Shown here one piece after another: positions 1-9,506 of a DNA stretch of 63,339 nt. The position numbers were made by a program, and so were the translations under genes. The DNA is from Gemmatimonadota bacterium (GTDB taxonomy: Bacteria; Gemmatimonadota; Gemmatimonadetes; Palauibacterales; KS3-K002), in assembly GCA_020350785.1 (NCBI GenBank), contig CP070722.1:4020692-4084030 (forward strand), given 5' to 3'. The notes below the pieces were generated by a model. It made no database searches, had not been told where the DNA came from, and saw nothing but the letters and a program-made list of their open reading frames with translations. Within the stretch, counting starts at the first letter, position 1, and the number at the start of each line of letters is the position of its first letter.

Positions 1-8
1 CGGAGCGA

Positions 9-953
9 GTGGAACTCTCGGTCGTAGTGCCCCTCTTCAACGAGGAGGACAGTGTCGAGCCGCTGGTCCAGGCGGTGCGGATGGCCTTGCCCCAGACAGA
101 CGATTGGGAGCTGGTGCTCGTGGATGATGGCAGCAGCGACGCGACGGTCGAGATCGCCATGCGGAGCGCCCGCGCTGATGCGCGCGTGCGCCTCGTACGG
201 CTGGCGCGCAACTACGGTCAGACGCCGGCGATGCAGGCGGGCTTCGATCAGGCGCGTGGTCGCGTTATCGTGACGATGGACGGCGACCTTCAGAACGACC
301 CGGCTGACATACCGAACCTTCTCGCGAAGTTGGAGGAGGGCTACGATCTGGTGACGGGCTACCGCTTGAGAAGGCAGGACAAGCTTATAACGCGCAAGCT
401 GCCCTCCTGGATCGCGAATCGGATAATCGCAGGTATAACCGGGGTAAAGATTAGAGACAACGGCTGCTCACTGAAGGCCTACCGGCGCGAGCTGCTCGAT
501 CGACTTCACCTGTACTCCGACATGCACCGTTTCATACCTGCGGTGGCCGCGGCGACGGCGGGGGCGCGTATCGCCGAGATCCCGGTTCGTCACCATCCCA
601 GGCGTCATGGGGTGAGCAAGTACGGGCTTTCCAGGGTGGCCAAAGTCCTCGCCGACCTGCTGACCATCAAGATGATTCGCTCTTTTCGCGAGCGCCCCTT
701 GGCCCTGTTCGCCGTCTTCGCTCTGGGGGCCGCGGTTCTGGGGGCGTTCTTTGTAGTGGCGTCTCTGGTCGCTGTCGCCACGTTTCAACCGTCCAAGGCG
801 AACGCGATCGTGTTTCCGGGAGTGGCGCTGCTTTGGTTCGGCCTCTCGTTCTATCTGCTCATGCTGGGTCTGATTGGAGAGGTTGCCCTGCGCGAGTACC
901 GGGAGAGCGACATGAAGCAACTACTTCCTGTGGTACGTGAGGAGAAATGGTGA
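9..953 (+). CDS. GT2 polyprenyl-phosphate glycosyltransferase (ArnC/GtrB/DPM-like)
   Basis: LSVVVPLFNEE N-terminus, LVDDGSSD, VTMDGDLQNDP (DxD), HRFIP, two C-terminal TM helices; GGAG upstream of the GTG start. Confidence 0.9.
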   Translation: MELSVVVPLFNEEDSVEPLVQAVRMALPQTDDWELVLVDDGSSDATVEIAMRSARADARVRLVRLARNYGQTPAMQAGFDQARGRVIVTMDGDLQNDPADIPNLLAKLEEGYDLVTGYRLRRQDKLITRKLPSWIANRIIAGITGVKIRDNGCSLKAYRRELLDRLHLYSDMHRFIPAVAAATAGARIAEIPVRHHPRRHGVSKYGLSRVAKVLADLLTIKMIRSFRERPLALFAVFALGAAVLGAFFVVASLVAVATFQPSKANAIVFPGVALLWFGLSFYLLMLGLIGEVALREYRESDMKQLLPVVREEKW

Positions 954-1948
954 AGGAGATCGCAGAACTGGAGAGTGGTGTGGCATCGGTGAAAGGCGAA
1001 AGCGAGGAGAGGCTTGCCGTCTCGGTGATCGTTCCCGTGAGCGAACGCCCGGAGGCACTCGACGAACTGTACCTCGAGTATGCCGACCCCTTCAAGAGGG
1101 CTGGCCAGGCTTTTGAATTTGTCTTCGTCGCGGAGCCATGGTATCGACAACTCACCGGAACGCTCGCCGGTCTCGCGGCGACAGGTGAACCGATTCGGGT
1201 TCTCGAGGTGGGGCAGACGGTTGGCGAAGCCGCGCTGTTGAAATTGGCTGCATCTGAGTCTCGGGCGCCGATCGTCGTGACGCTGCCATCTTATCGTCGC
1301 GTGGTGGCCTCGGCGCTACCGGAACTGATCGCACGCGTAGAAGGTGGCGCCGACGTCGCGGTAGCGCGGCGCTGGCCACGCAGCGATTCGTGGCTGAATC
1401 GTCTGCAGAGTCGTCTGTTCCACGTTCTGTTGCGGCGGCTTACGGGAGGGCGAATTCGCGACATCGCTTCCGGAGTGCGGGCCATGCGGCGCGACGTGCT
1501 GGAGGAGATGCCTCTGTACGGCGATTTCTTCCGCTTCCTCCCGCTACTGGCTATGCGCGACGGCTACAAGGTCGTGGAGGTGGATGCGCCTCAGCATCCC
1601 TCCGATGTGGGCACGCGCGTATATGCCCCCGGCATCTACCTCCGCAGAGTCATCGACGTCTTCGGACTCTTCTTCTTACTGCGTTTCACAGAGAAGCCTC
1701 TGCGTTTCTTCGGCCTCATCGGCGCCGCCCTGTCCATGGGCGGTGGCCTCATTCTGCTGGTTCTCCTGATTCAACGATTGGGAGGGCAAGGCATCGCAGG
1801 ACGCCCCCTGCTATTGCTGGGTGTCTTGCTCGTTGTGCTGGGCGTCCAGGCCATCGCGCTCGGGCTCATCGGCGAGATCATCGTACACTTGCACGCGCCG
1901 CGACGGCGGTCCTATCGTCTCGCCCGTCGGAACGACCCCCCGCGCTAA
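947..1948 (+). CDS. GT2 ArnC/GtrB-like paralog with degenerate catalytic motifs
   Basis: VSVIVPV start, FFRFLP, EVDAPQH..G..Y, KPLRFFG plus two TM helices like the upstream gene; the DxD position reads VTLPSY. Overlaps the upstream gene end. Confidence 0.8.
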   Translation: MVKEIAELESGVASVKGESEERLAVSVIVPVSERPEALDELYLEYADPFKRAGQAFEFVFVAEPWYRQLTGTLAGLAATGEPIRVLEVGQTVGEAALLKLAASESRAPIVVTLPSYRRVVASALPELIARVEGGADVAVARRWPRSDSWLNRLQSRLFHVLLRRLTGGRIRDIASGVRAMRRDVLEEMPLYGDFFRFLPLLAMRDGYKVVEVDAPQHPSDVGTRVYAPGIYLRRVIDVFGLFFLLRFTEKPLRFFGLIGAALSMGGGLILLVLLIQRLGGQGIAGRPLLLLGVLLVVLGVQAIALGLIGEIIVHLHAPRRRSYRLARRNDPPR

Positions 1949-1957
1949 GCGCGGGGG
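1937..1957 (+). terminator. GC-rich hairpin at the end of the GT2 pair
   Basis: cccccgcgc-TAA-gcgcggggg, a perfect 9-bp stem whose loop is the stop codon; no U-tract. Confidence 0.35.
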
Positions 1958-2348
1958 CGTCAACCCTACCAGCCACCCCGTCCAGTCGCGCACCTCCGGC
2001 CAGGGTAATCCTTGACGCGGGCTTGCAGTTTTTGCAGAGTAGTTAGGCCTTCGAGTAGCTCCGCCGTGTCCCAGATCCCGCCAAAGAATTGGGCATTCTC
2101 AGGGGGGCCGCACCGGGCCCGACGTTTGCGTCCATCCGGCCTGCTCAACTGCGATGCCGTCTCCCGCGAGTGGTGCTAATCGAATCGGCATCCTGAGAGA
2201 TCTCCCGCTCTGAAGGAGGGTGCGGACGGCAGCGACAATTTGTGGGCTTTCTTGCCTTATTGTCGTTGCCGAACTTTGGGGCAAGCTGGCGGTCATGCAG
2301 TTAAACTACCGATACCCCCGGGGGCAATCGGCAGAGATGAGGTGGACC

Positions 2349-3365
2349 ATGGCAAAAGCGAGCCGCCGTCGACTGGTCGAACCGGCTATCACGTGGCTCT
2401 TGGTAGTCCTTCTTACGGGGTCGTGCGCGAATGAAGCGGGTGCGCCGAACGAGCCCGAGGACAATCCACCGATCCAAGTTCCGCGCGGCGGCGTCTGGTT
2501 CCAGGAGGACTTTGCCAGCTATAGCTCGACAGAAGAGTGGCTGGAGAGTCCTATCGAGCACGCTAATGGTCGGCCAGCTTGGGATGACTATCAGGACCGT
2601 TGGCGCGGGCACTTCGCGATCCGCCAGGTGCCCTTCGAGATCGATGGGGTTCGGCAAGTCACCGATGCCCCCGGCTTCAATCGCGTTCTCGAGTTCGAGC
2701 AACCGGCCTACGTGTGCAAGAACAGCCCCAGGCCCGACGGTGAAGGCACAGCCAGCGCTGGCTACCACATCTGGCGTGACCTGGTTCTGCCCGAGCCTGC
2801 GCAGGAGGTCTGGGCCGAGTTTTACGTCCGGTTCAGCTCCAACTACAAGACCGATTTCAAGGATGAGTGCAACGGCGGTTCCGCCAATCCCGACCACAAG
2901 TTCATATTCTTCCAGCGGGCAAACCCCAACTGCGGCAGCCGCTGGCAACTGAAAGTAGGGACGTTCGGAAGTGCATACACGCTCTCCAACGCTTCGTGCG
3001 ACCCTCTCGGTCAGACCATGGAGCGGGCCGGTCACGGAGATCTTCCCAACGAGTGCTTCAACGACGTTTGGCAGCGTTGGCGCTTCCACGCAAAGCTGGC
3101 CACCGGCGAGGGACGGAGTGATGGGTTGTTCGAGTGGCGGCGCGTCGAGCTTGATGACCCCGACAAGATCGTCATCGACCGCTGCAGTCGGAATGCCGGC
3201 TCGCCCTATCAGATTCGCGTGGAGCCCATCGCGGAGACCCATCCGGAGGGCTTCGCCGAGTTGCAGTTGGGCCGAACCTTCAACGAAGGCCCGGTGGGCC
3301 AGAGCCAGTACTACTGGTGGGGTCCCATACGAGTCTGGAATTCGGATCCGGGTTGGGGATGGTAG
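2349..3365 (+). CDS. Lipoprotein with polysaccharide-lyase-like (beta-jelly-roll, PL7/PL14-like) domain
   Basis: Basic N-terminus, hydrophobic stretch and lipobox LTGS-C; WFQEDF, VWAEFYVRF, HKFIFF, WQRWRFHAKL..G..DGLFEW pattern typical of ConA-like lyase folds. Start 2349 or 2337 preferred over 2220. Confidence 0.6.
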   Translation: MAKASRRRLVEPAITWLLVVLLTGSCANEAGAPNEPEDNPPIQVPRGGVWFQEDFASYSSTEEWLESPIEHANGRPAWDDYQDRWRGHFAIRQVPFEIDGVRQVTDAPGFNRVLEFEQPAYVCKNSPRPDGEGTASAGYHIWRDLVLPEPAQEVWAEFYVRFSSNYKTDFKDECNGGSANPDHKFIFFQRANPNCGSRWQLKVGTFGSAYTLSNASCDPLGQTMERAGHGDLPNECFNDVWQRWRFHAKLATGEGRSDGLFEWRRVELDDPDKIVIDRCSRNAGSPYQIRVEPIAETHPEGFAELQLGRTFNEGPVGQSQYYWWGPIRVWNSDPGWGW

Positions 3366-3897
3366 GCCAGCGCAGCGAGCCCTGAGGTCTGGACGAGTCC
3401 GTACCGAGACGCTTCCGACAGAATGGACAACTGGAGTGCGGGTCGAGCGAGAGATCGCGCGGCCCGCTTGCCTTTTCCTGAAGGAGCACGGCGCAGTTGC
3501 CTGCCGCCGGATATCTTTGAGCGGCCTTCCTACCTTCCGCCGGTTGCCGCTGGGCAGGTGGAGCCTCAGACTGTGCTTGAGGTTAGGAAGGCGGTGGCCG
3601 GGCCGACATATGTTGCGAATGCGCAACAGTCGGGGGTCCACGGGGGTGCGGAAGTGCAGTCGGGGCATGGCATGTAGCTTGCTCCTCGGGCTGTTTCGGT
3701 TAGTTGAGCGTGTACCGTGCAGTTCTTGAGGGACCGGACGCCGTCGATATCCAGGCAGGCTACGACGATAAGATAGGGCTCGACCGGGTGGCCGAGCGGC
3801 CGACGTGCAGGCCTGGTTCGGTGGCCTGGGTCGAGCACGTTGCTGGGTGTCAAGCGCGGTGGTGGGGAAGGACTGCCGCTGGACTTCGATCTTAGAG

Positions 3898-5646
3898 ATG
3901 CTCGATAGAGAAAGCGTCGGTTTCATAAAATTCTTCGCGAAGGCGTACCCTGTACGCACCGCGATCATGGTCCCCCTCCTGATCCTCTCGGGTGTGGCCG
4001 AGGGTGTCGGGTTGGTAACGATGTTGCCGCTGCTCGAGATCGCGCTGCAGGACGGCGGTGGGGGCGAGGAGTCGCGATTGGCGGTCGCCGTCAGGGGGAT
4101 GCTCAATGCTGTGAACGTCGAGCCCACCCTGGCCGTGCTGCTTCTGGTCGTGGTAATCGGGATCACCCTCAAGAGCAGCTTTCTCTGGCTGGCGATGCGC
4201 GAGGCGGGCTATACCGTCGCTCACGTAGCCACGGATCTGCGGCTGAGGCTGATACGCACGCTGCTGCGGGCGCGCTGGAGCTACTTCACGGGTCAGCCGG
4301 CGGGTCACTTCGCAACGTCCATCGCGAGTGAGGCGAACCGGGCCTCGCAGTCCTACCGGCAGGCGTGCCTTCTGATCGCCGGTCTCATCCAAGTAGCGAT
4401 CTATCTGGGGCTGACGTTCTTGATATCATGGCGGGTCGCGTTGTTGGCGCTCGTTGCGGGCGTCGTGGTGGCTGTTCTTCTGGCACCGTTCGTTCAGATC
4501 AGTCGGCGGTCGGGCCGTAGTCAGACGACGATGATGAAGGAGCTGGTCAAGCGGCTGACGGACGCGCTCCACGGCATGAAGCCGATTAAGGCGATGGGGC
4601 GGGAAGAGCACCTGAGTCCGCTACTGGAGCGAGAGACGCAAGGCATAAACGAGGCGCAGATCCGTCATGTGCTCGCCTCGGAGTCGCTCAGGGCGATTCA
4701 GGAGCCGATCCTGGCTGTGATGCTGGCCATCGGCCTCTACTCCGGCATCGCGATCGCCGGCGAATCGTTCTCAGCGCTCCTGGTAATGGCCTTCTTGTTC
4801 TATCGATTGGTCGGCAGGGTGAATCAATTGCAGGGTCAGTATCAGACCATGGCGGTTGGCGAGAGCGCCCTGTGGTCGATGCTGGGGATCATCGAGGCGG
4901 CGGAGGTCGAGGCGGAACGCCTTCAGAGTCCCGGCAAGCTGAAGCCGCCGCCGTTGACCGAGGGCGTGAGACTGGAGAAGGTCACCTTCTCATATGGTCC
5001 AAAGAGGGTGCTCAGTGGGGTGTCACTGACGGTACCGGCTGGCCAGTTCGTGTCTGTGATCGGGCCTTCGGGAGCGGGGAAGACGACTATCGCGGATCTG
5101 ATCGTGGGCCTGCAGCGTCCCGACGCCGGAGAGGTCCTCATCGATGGCGTTCCCCTGCGGGAGATCGATCTCGTAGCCTGGCGCCACATGATCGGCTATG
5201 TGCCTCAGGAGATGTTCCTGCTGCACGACAGCGTCTACCAGAACGTTGCCCTTGGAGATCCCGAGATCAGTCGCGACGCGGTCGAGCAAGCGCTGGTGTT
5301 GGCGGGTGCCTGGGACTTCGTCGAGCAACTCAGTGACGGTATGGACACACCGATCGGGGAAGCCGGATCCAAACTCTCCGGTGGCCAGCGCCAGAGGGTG
5401 GCGATCGCCCGGGCCCTGGTTCGGCAGCCGGCGCTTCTCGTCCTCGACGAGGTGACGACCGCTCTCGATCCGAAGACGGAGAGGGCAATTTGCCGGACGC
5501 TGGCGAGCTTGCGAGGTAGGACGACACTCTTGGCCATCTCCCATCAGCCAGCTTTGATGGAAGTGGCGGACACGGTGTACCGCCTGTCCGATGGAATGGT
5601 GGCTGAAGTCGAACGCAGACGAGAGCGAGCCTCGCCGGTCCGCTGA
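3898..5646 (+). CDS. Type IV ABC exporter (fused TMD+NBD; PglK/Wzk/HepA-like)
   Basis: Six-TM N-half; Walker A GPSGAGKT, LSGGQ signature, Walker B LVLDE, TTALD D-loop, ISH switch. Start placed at ATG 3898. Confidence 0.9.
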   Translation: MLDRESVGFIKFFAKAYPVRTAIMVPLLILSGVAEGVGLVTMLPLLEIALQDGGGGEESRLAVAVRGMLNAVNVEPTLAVLLLVVVIGITLKSSFLWLAMREAGYTVAHVATDLRLRLIRTLLRARWSYFTGQPAGHFATSIASEANRASQSYRQACLLIAGLIQVAIYLGLTFLISWRVALLALVAGVVVAVLLAPFVQISRRSGRSQTTMMKELVKRLTDALHGMKPIKAMGREEHLSPLLERETQGINEAQIRHVLASESLRAIQEPILAVMLAIGLYSGIAIAGESFSALLVMAFLFYRLVGRVNQLQGQYQTMAVGESALWSMLGIIEAAEVEAERLQSPGKLKPPPLTEGVRLEKVTFSYGPKRVLSGVSLTVPAGQFVSVIGPSGAGKTTIADLIVGLQRPDAGEVLIDGVPLREIDLVAWRHMIGYVPQEMFLLHDSVYQNVALGDPEISRDAVEQALVLAGAWDFVEQLSDGMDTPIGEAGSKLSGGQRQRVAIARALVRQPALLVLDEVTTALDPKTERAICRTLASLRGRTTLLAISHQPALMEVADTVYRLSDGMVAEVERRRERASPVR

Positions 5647-5733
5647 CTGATTCCCCGAAGGCACGACCTGGCTGAGGGGTGTCCCTGCACAAGCACCGAC
5701 CTCGCCGGATGGCGGCGATATCGAGGTATTTGA

Positions 5734-6534
5734 GTGAAACGTATACACGTTGTCGGCTCCGGCCCGCGGAGCGGGACGACCCTGATGGTCGAACTTCTGG
5801 TGAACGGGTTCGAGATAGATGGCTACCCCGAGCATGAGATGGGGATCTTCAAGCGGCCAAGGGGAGATTACGGAATATTCTTGTCCAAGCGTCCTCGCGA
5901 TGTGGAGACGGTCAGACCGCTGCTCGCCGTAGATCCCGACCTCTGGGTCATCTACATGCTGCGTGATCCCAGAGATGTCGTCGTGAGCAGGCACAAGGGC
6001 GCAGACGGTATGTACTACGCGACCCTGCACATGTGGAAGATCTCGCATGCCTATGCTCGCAAGGCAGCGAACCATCCACGCTTCCTCACCGTGCGCTTCG
6101 AGGACCTGGTCAGGGAGCCGGAGCGAATCCAACGGCGTTTGATGACCGAGATGCCCTTCTTGAAGAAACGAGCCGAGTTCGCTGACTTCGATCAGGTCGC
6201 TCGGCCTTCGGAGAAGTCACGGCGTGCCTTGGGTGGTGTGCGGGCGCTCAGCTCGAGCAGGGTGGGTGCCTGGCGCGACCACAAGCCGAGGCTCGCGGCG
6301 CAGCTCGAGTTGCACGGGCCTGTAACCGACGAGCTGGTTGAGTTGGGTTATGAGAAGGACGGGAGCTGGCTGCTCGAGCTGGAAGGAGTAGTCCCGGCTC
6401 ACTATGAGAGCTACTGGCCGGATCGTTTCAGTCTGAGGAAGCGTCTGAGACGTAAGTACGGTGTTCTCAGGTCGACGGCACTCTACACCGCGCGGGTCAC
6501 GGCGCGCCGAATGATGGCAGGTGGCGGGGCATGA
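5734..6534 (+). CDS. Sulfotransferase family protein
   Basis: 5'-PSB loop GSGPRSGTT, 3'-PB motif MLRDPRDVVVSR, VRFEDLV. Confidence 0.85.
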   Translation: MKRIHVVGSGPRSGTTLMVELLVNGFEIDGYPEHEMGIFKRPRGDYGIFLSKRPRDVETVRPLLAVDPDLWVIYMLRDPRDVVVSRHKGADGMYYATLHMWKISHAYARKAANHPRFLTVRFEDLVREPERIQRRLMTEMPFLKKRAEFADFDQVARPSEKSRRALGGVRALSSSRVGAWRDHKPRLAAQLELHGPVTDELVELGYEKDGSWLLELEGVVPAHYESYWPDRFSLRKRLRRKYGVLRSTALYTARVTARRMMAGGGA

Positions 6535-6571
6535 ATGTCTTTGTGGTGGTAGCGAAGGAGTGCCCGCTCGA

Positions 6572-8014
6572 ATGGTAAACGCCAGCGGCGAGTCGAAAAG
6601 GGGTGGCGTTGCCGGCTCCGTGCAAGAGTGGCTAGGCCCTGGTCTCCTGGCGGCGATCCTGGTTGTGGCGGTGGCATTGCGCCTCTACAAACTGGGGAGC
6701 TGGCCCTTCGAACAGGACGAGCTCTACACGCTGCACGATGCGGAGGTTTTCGGGGAGTATGTCAACTTTCTGAGACCGCTGTATTACTTCTTGCAGCACC
6801 TGCTGCTTCAGGTTCTACCGGCAACGCCGCTGTTTCTGAGGCTGCCCCCCTTCGTGTTCGGGGTGCTGGGTGTGTGGCTGACCTGGAGGCTTGCGCGCCG
6901 CAATTTCGGCGTTCCGGCTGGACTGGTTGCGGCATTCCTGGCAAGCATCTCGGCCTGGCACCTCTACGCCAGCCAGTTTGCCCGCTACTGGACACTCGTG
7001 TATGCGCTCGCCGCACTCCTCTACATAGCGTTGCCTTGGGCTGTCGACAGGGACCGTCGGACCGCCTATGGGCTGGCGCTCCTGGTCATCATCCTGGGCA
7101 CTCTGACTCACCCGACCTTCGTGTTTCCGGCGGTCGGATTTATCCTCGGTGTCTTCCTGGTATCGCGAGAAGGGCGCCTCGGCTGGCAGCCGCCCTCGCG
7201 TCGTGCTTGGCTGTTTCTGTGGGGGCCGCTGGCTGCGGTTGGCGTTACCGGTTTCCTCTTCCTGTTCCTGCGCGGCTCGCTGTCGGGGCTGCAAGGCACG
7301 CGCGGATTGGCCGCTGCACTGCGTTTGGTGCCAGCAATGGTGCAGTGGGCGACTCCGGTTGTAGTAACAGTGGCGCTGATCGGTCTCCTGTATCTGTTGG
7401 GCCGGCCGGGTCCGGATCGGCGCTGGGGCCTGCTGTCCACCCTGGGGCTCGCTTCTGGACTCGGTTTGCTATTGGCCGCTGCTACCAGCAGATCTGTCTA
7501 TGCGGACTACGCCATAGCGATGCTGCCCCTCGTCTACGTCACAGTCGGAGGCGTGGTGCAACGCGTTGGGGAAACGCTTGGCACGAGATCCTACGGCTTC
7601 GTGCTGGCCGCCGCGGTGGTTCTCGCAGCGGACGTACTTCCAGGCACGGCATCACATCTATCGGATGGAACGCGATTCGACTATCGACCGGCCTACGCCT
7701 ATCTGGAGCGAACGGCTGGCGACAACCTTGTATTGGGCTGGCCCGACGTGATCCAGCGCTACTACGCGCCGGACTTGAACTTCAAGCTGCTCAGGCGCGA
7801 CATTGGCGAGCTGGACGAGACGCTAAAGCAGACGGGTGGTTTCTGGGTGGTGGGATCTTATCGGCGCTACGGCATGGTCCTCGACAACGGGCGCGTGTCG
7901 CGCTGGCTTGATGGCAACTGCCGGAGGGTCCTGAGGACGGAACGGCCGCGACTGGACTACCGTACCTATCGCGTCGAACTTCATTGGTGCGGTGCGAATC
8001 CGCCTCAAGGCTGA
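6572..8014 (+). CDS. GT-C fold membrane glycosyltransferase (GT39/GT83, PMT/ArnT-like)
   Basis: First-loop acidic motif QDELYT, multiple TM helices, SQFARYW, small periplasmic C-terminal domain. Start uncertain (6521 or 6572). Confidence 0.8.
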   Translation: MVNASGESKRGGVAGSVQEWLGPGLLAAILVVAVALRLYKLGSWPFEQDELYTLHDAEVFGEYVNFLRPLYYFLQHLLLQVLPATPLFLRLPPFVFGVLGVWLTWRLARRNFGVPAGLVAAFLASISAWHLYASQFARYWTLVYALAALLYIALPWAVDRDRRTAYGLALLVIILGTLTHPTFVFPAVGFILGVFLVSREGRLGWQPPSRRAWLFLWGPLAAVGVTGFLFLFLRGSLSGLQGTRGLAAALRLVPAMVQWATPVVVTVALIGLLYLLGRPGPDRRWGLLSTLGLASGLGLLLAAATSRSVYADYAIAMLPLVYVTVGGVVQRVGETLGTRSYGFVLAAAVVLAADVLPGTASHLSDGTRFDYRPAYAYLERTAGDNLVLGWPDVIQRYYAPDLNFKLLRRDIGELDETLKQTGGFWVVGSYRRYGMVLDNGRVSRWLDGNCRRVLRTERPRLDYRTYRVELHWCGANPPQG

Positions 8015-8039
8015 GGTTGGGTAGTAAGGGACCTAGCGG

Positions 8040-9500
8040 ATGCCCCATTATCTGGCCAGGCGCAATAGCCTCAGAGCCCTGACACCCGCGGCGCCGATGC
8101 CCGGCTCGCTCCGGCGTGGTCAGGCCCGGCGGGCCTCTCTGTCGCCGAAGGCTCAGCAGACGAGCTGGGATGTGCTGCTGATCTCTCTCGGCGCTATGCT
8201 GCTGACCTATATATGGCGCTTCCAGTCGATATTCAGCCCGCTCGCAATCCTGCAGGTGACGGCTCTCGCCTCGCTGGGAGCTTATGGGATGTACCTTCTG
8301 GATCGGGATCCGCGACGCAGACTCTCACGGCTCAAGAGCCCGATAATCTACCTGGTGTGCGCCATCCTCGCGTTGATGGTCTTCTCCATTCCAGGCAGTC
8401 TCTGGCCCGGCGGTAGCGCTGGATTCATCTATCGTCACTTCATCAAGACTTTCATCCTTACAATTCTGCTGGCCGCCAGCATACGCAGCTTTGCTGACGT
8501 CGAGCGACTCGCCGCGGTGACGGCGGTCGGTGCGACGGTGTACGCAACCAAGGTCATTATGCAGTCGTTCGTCGATCCCTCGTTCCGCACGCGCGGCCTG
8601 GGCGGCTACGATCCGAATGACTACTCGATGTTGCTCATCTGTTCGATCCCGTTGATCGTTTACTTCGTTGCCGTAGCGAAGTCCAGGCTGTTGCGCTTGG
8701 CAGCGGCAGTGGCTGTCGTAGTGGTGACGGGCGCGATCGCCAGGGGCGGATCTCGCGCCGCATTCGTCGGCTTCGTGATTGTGGGCGTCTATCTGCTCAT
8801 CGTGTTTCGCGCCTTGCCCAAGCGGGTACGTATAGGGGCGGTCGTGGTCAGTATCGCGGGGCTGAGCTTCCTGGCCAGTGATGAGTACTGGGAACGGATG
8901 AGGACCCTTCTGAATCCTCAGGAGGACTACAACTGGTCGGGCAGGTCGTACGGCGGCCGCATGGAGATCTGGAAGCGCGGTGTCAGTTACATGTTGCGGC
9001 GGCCGCTCTTGGGTGTGGGCGTCGGCCGTTTCGGCACCGCGGAGGGCAGATTGTCCGAAAGGGCACAGGGCCCCGACTTCGGGACAGGAATCAGATGGGT
9101 TAGCCCGCACAACTCGTTCGTGGAAATAGGCGCCGAGCTGGGGGTCACCGGCCTGCTGACTTTTCTGGCGCTCATCGGCATCTCGGTTCGCGCGATGTGG
9201 CGTATCATCCGAGCGCCACCCGGGGGTGGAGGCCGGTCTTCGCCGCAGGCGGCGATGGCACAGGCCCTGATCGGCACTCTGCTGGGATACGTCGTTGTAG
9301 GCTTTTTCCTGTCACAGGCCTACTCGACCTACCTATATGCCACCTTTGGCATTGTCGCGGGGTACGCGAAGTTGAGCCCGCCAAAGCGCCGGCGCCGACC
9401 GGACCGCAGGCCGACCGCCGCTCCTGCCGAGCGTCAGCCCATGGCGATGCCGCCCGCGGGTGTCGCATACCCGTATTCCAGCGATCCGGGCACCGAGTGA
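8040..9500 (+). CDS. O-antigen ligase / Wzy polymerase family protein
   Basis: About 11-12 TM helices, DPND, GGSRAAF, RMEIWK, GVGVGRF, SPHNSFVEIGAELGVTG. Confidence 0.85.
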   Translation: MPHYLARRNSLRALTPAAPMPGSLRRGQARRASLSPKAQQTSWDVLLISLGAMLLTYIWRFQSIFSPLAILQVTALASLGAYGMYLLDRDPRRRLSRLKSPIIYLVCAILALMVFSIPGSLWPGGSAGFIYRHFIKTFILTILLAASIRSFADVERLAAVTAVGATVYATKVIMQSFVDPSFRTRGLGGYDPNDYSMLLICSIPLIVYFVAVAKSRLLRLAAAVAVVVVTGAIARGGSRAAFVGFVIVGVYLLIVFRALPKRVRIGAVVVSIAGLSFLASDEYWERMRTLLNPQEDYNWSGRSYGGRMEIWKRGVSYMLRRPLLGVGVGRFGTAEGRLSERAQGPDFGTGIRWVSPHNSFVEIGAELGVTGLLTFLALIGISVRAMWRIIRAPPGGGGRSSPQAAMAQALIGTLLGYVVVGFFLSQAYSTYLYATFGIVAGYAKLSPPKRRRRPDRRPTAAPAERQPMAMPPAGVAYPYSSDPGTE

Positions 9501-9506
9501 CTGGAC

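Noticed and set aside
3566-3853. 95-aa minus-strand ORF with CPDC..CC in the 530-nt gap before the ABC gene
   Set aside because: No RBS, no recognisable family and weak Cys spacing; more likely chance in a promoter-containing gap.
2301-4172. 623-aa minus-strand ORF and similar long shadows (5023-6132, 14941-16041, 22755-24380, 44881-45858, 48373-49422)
   Set aside because: They overlap well-supported genes on the opposite strand, have no motifs and show the Arg/Pro/Ala bias expected of shadow frames in high-GC DNA.
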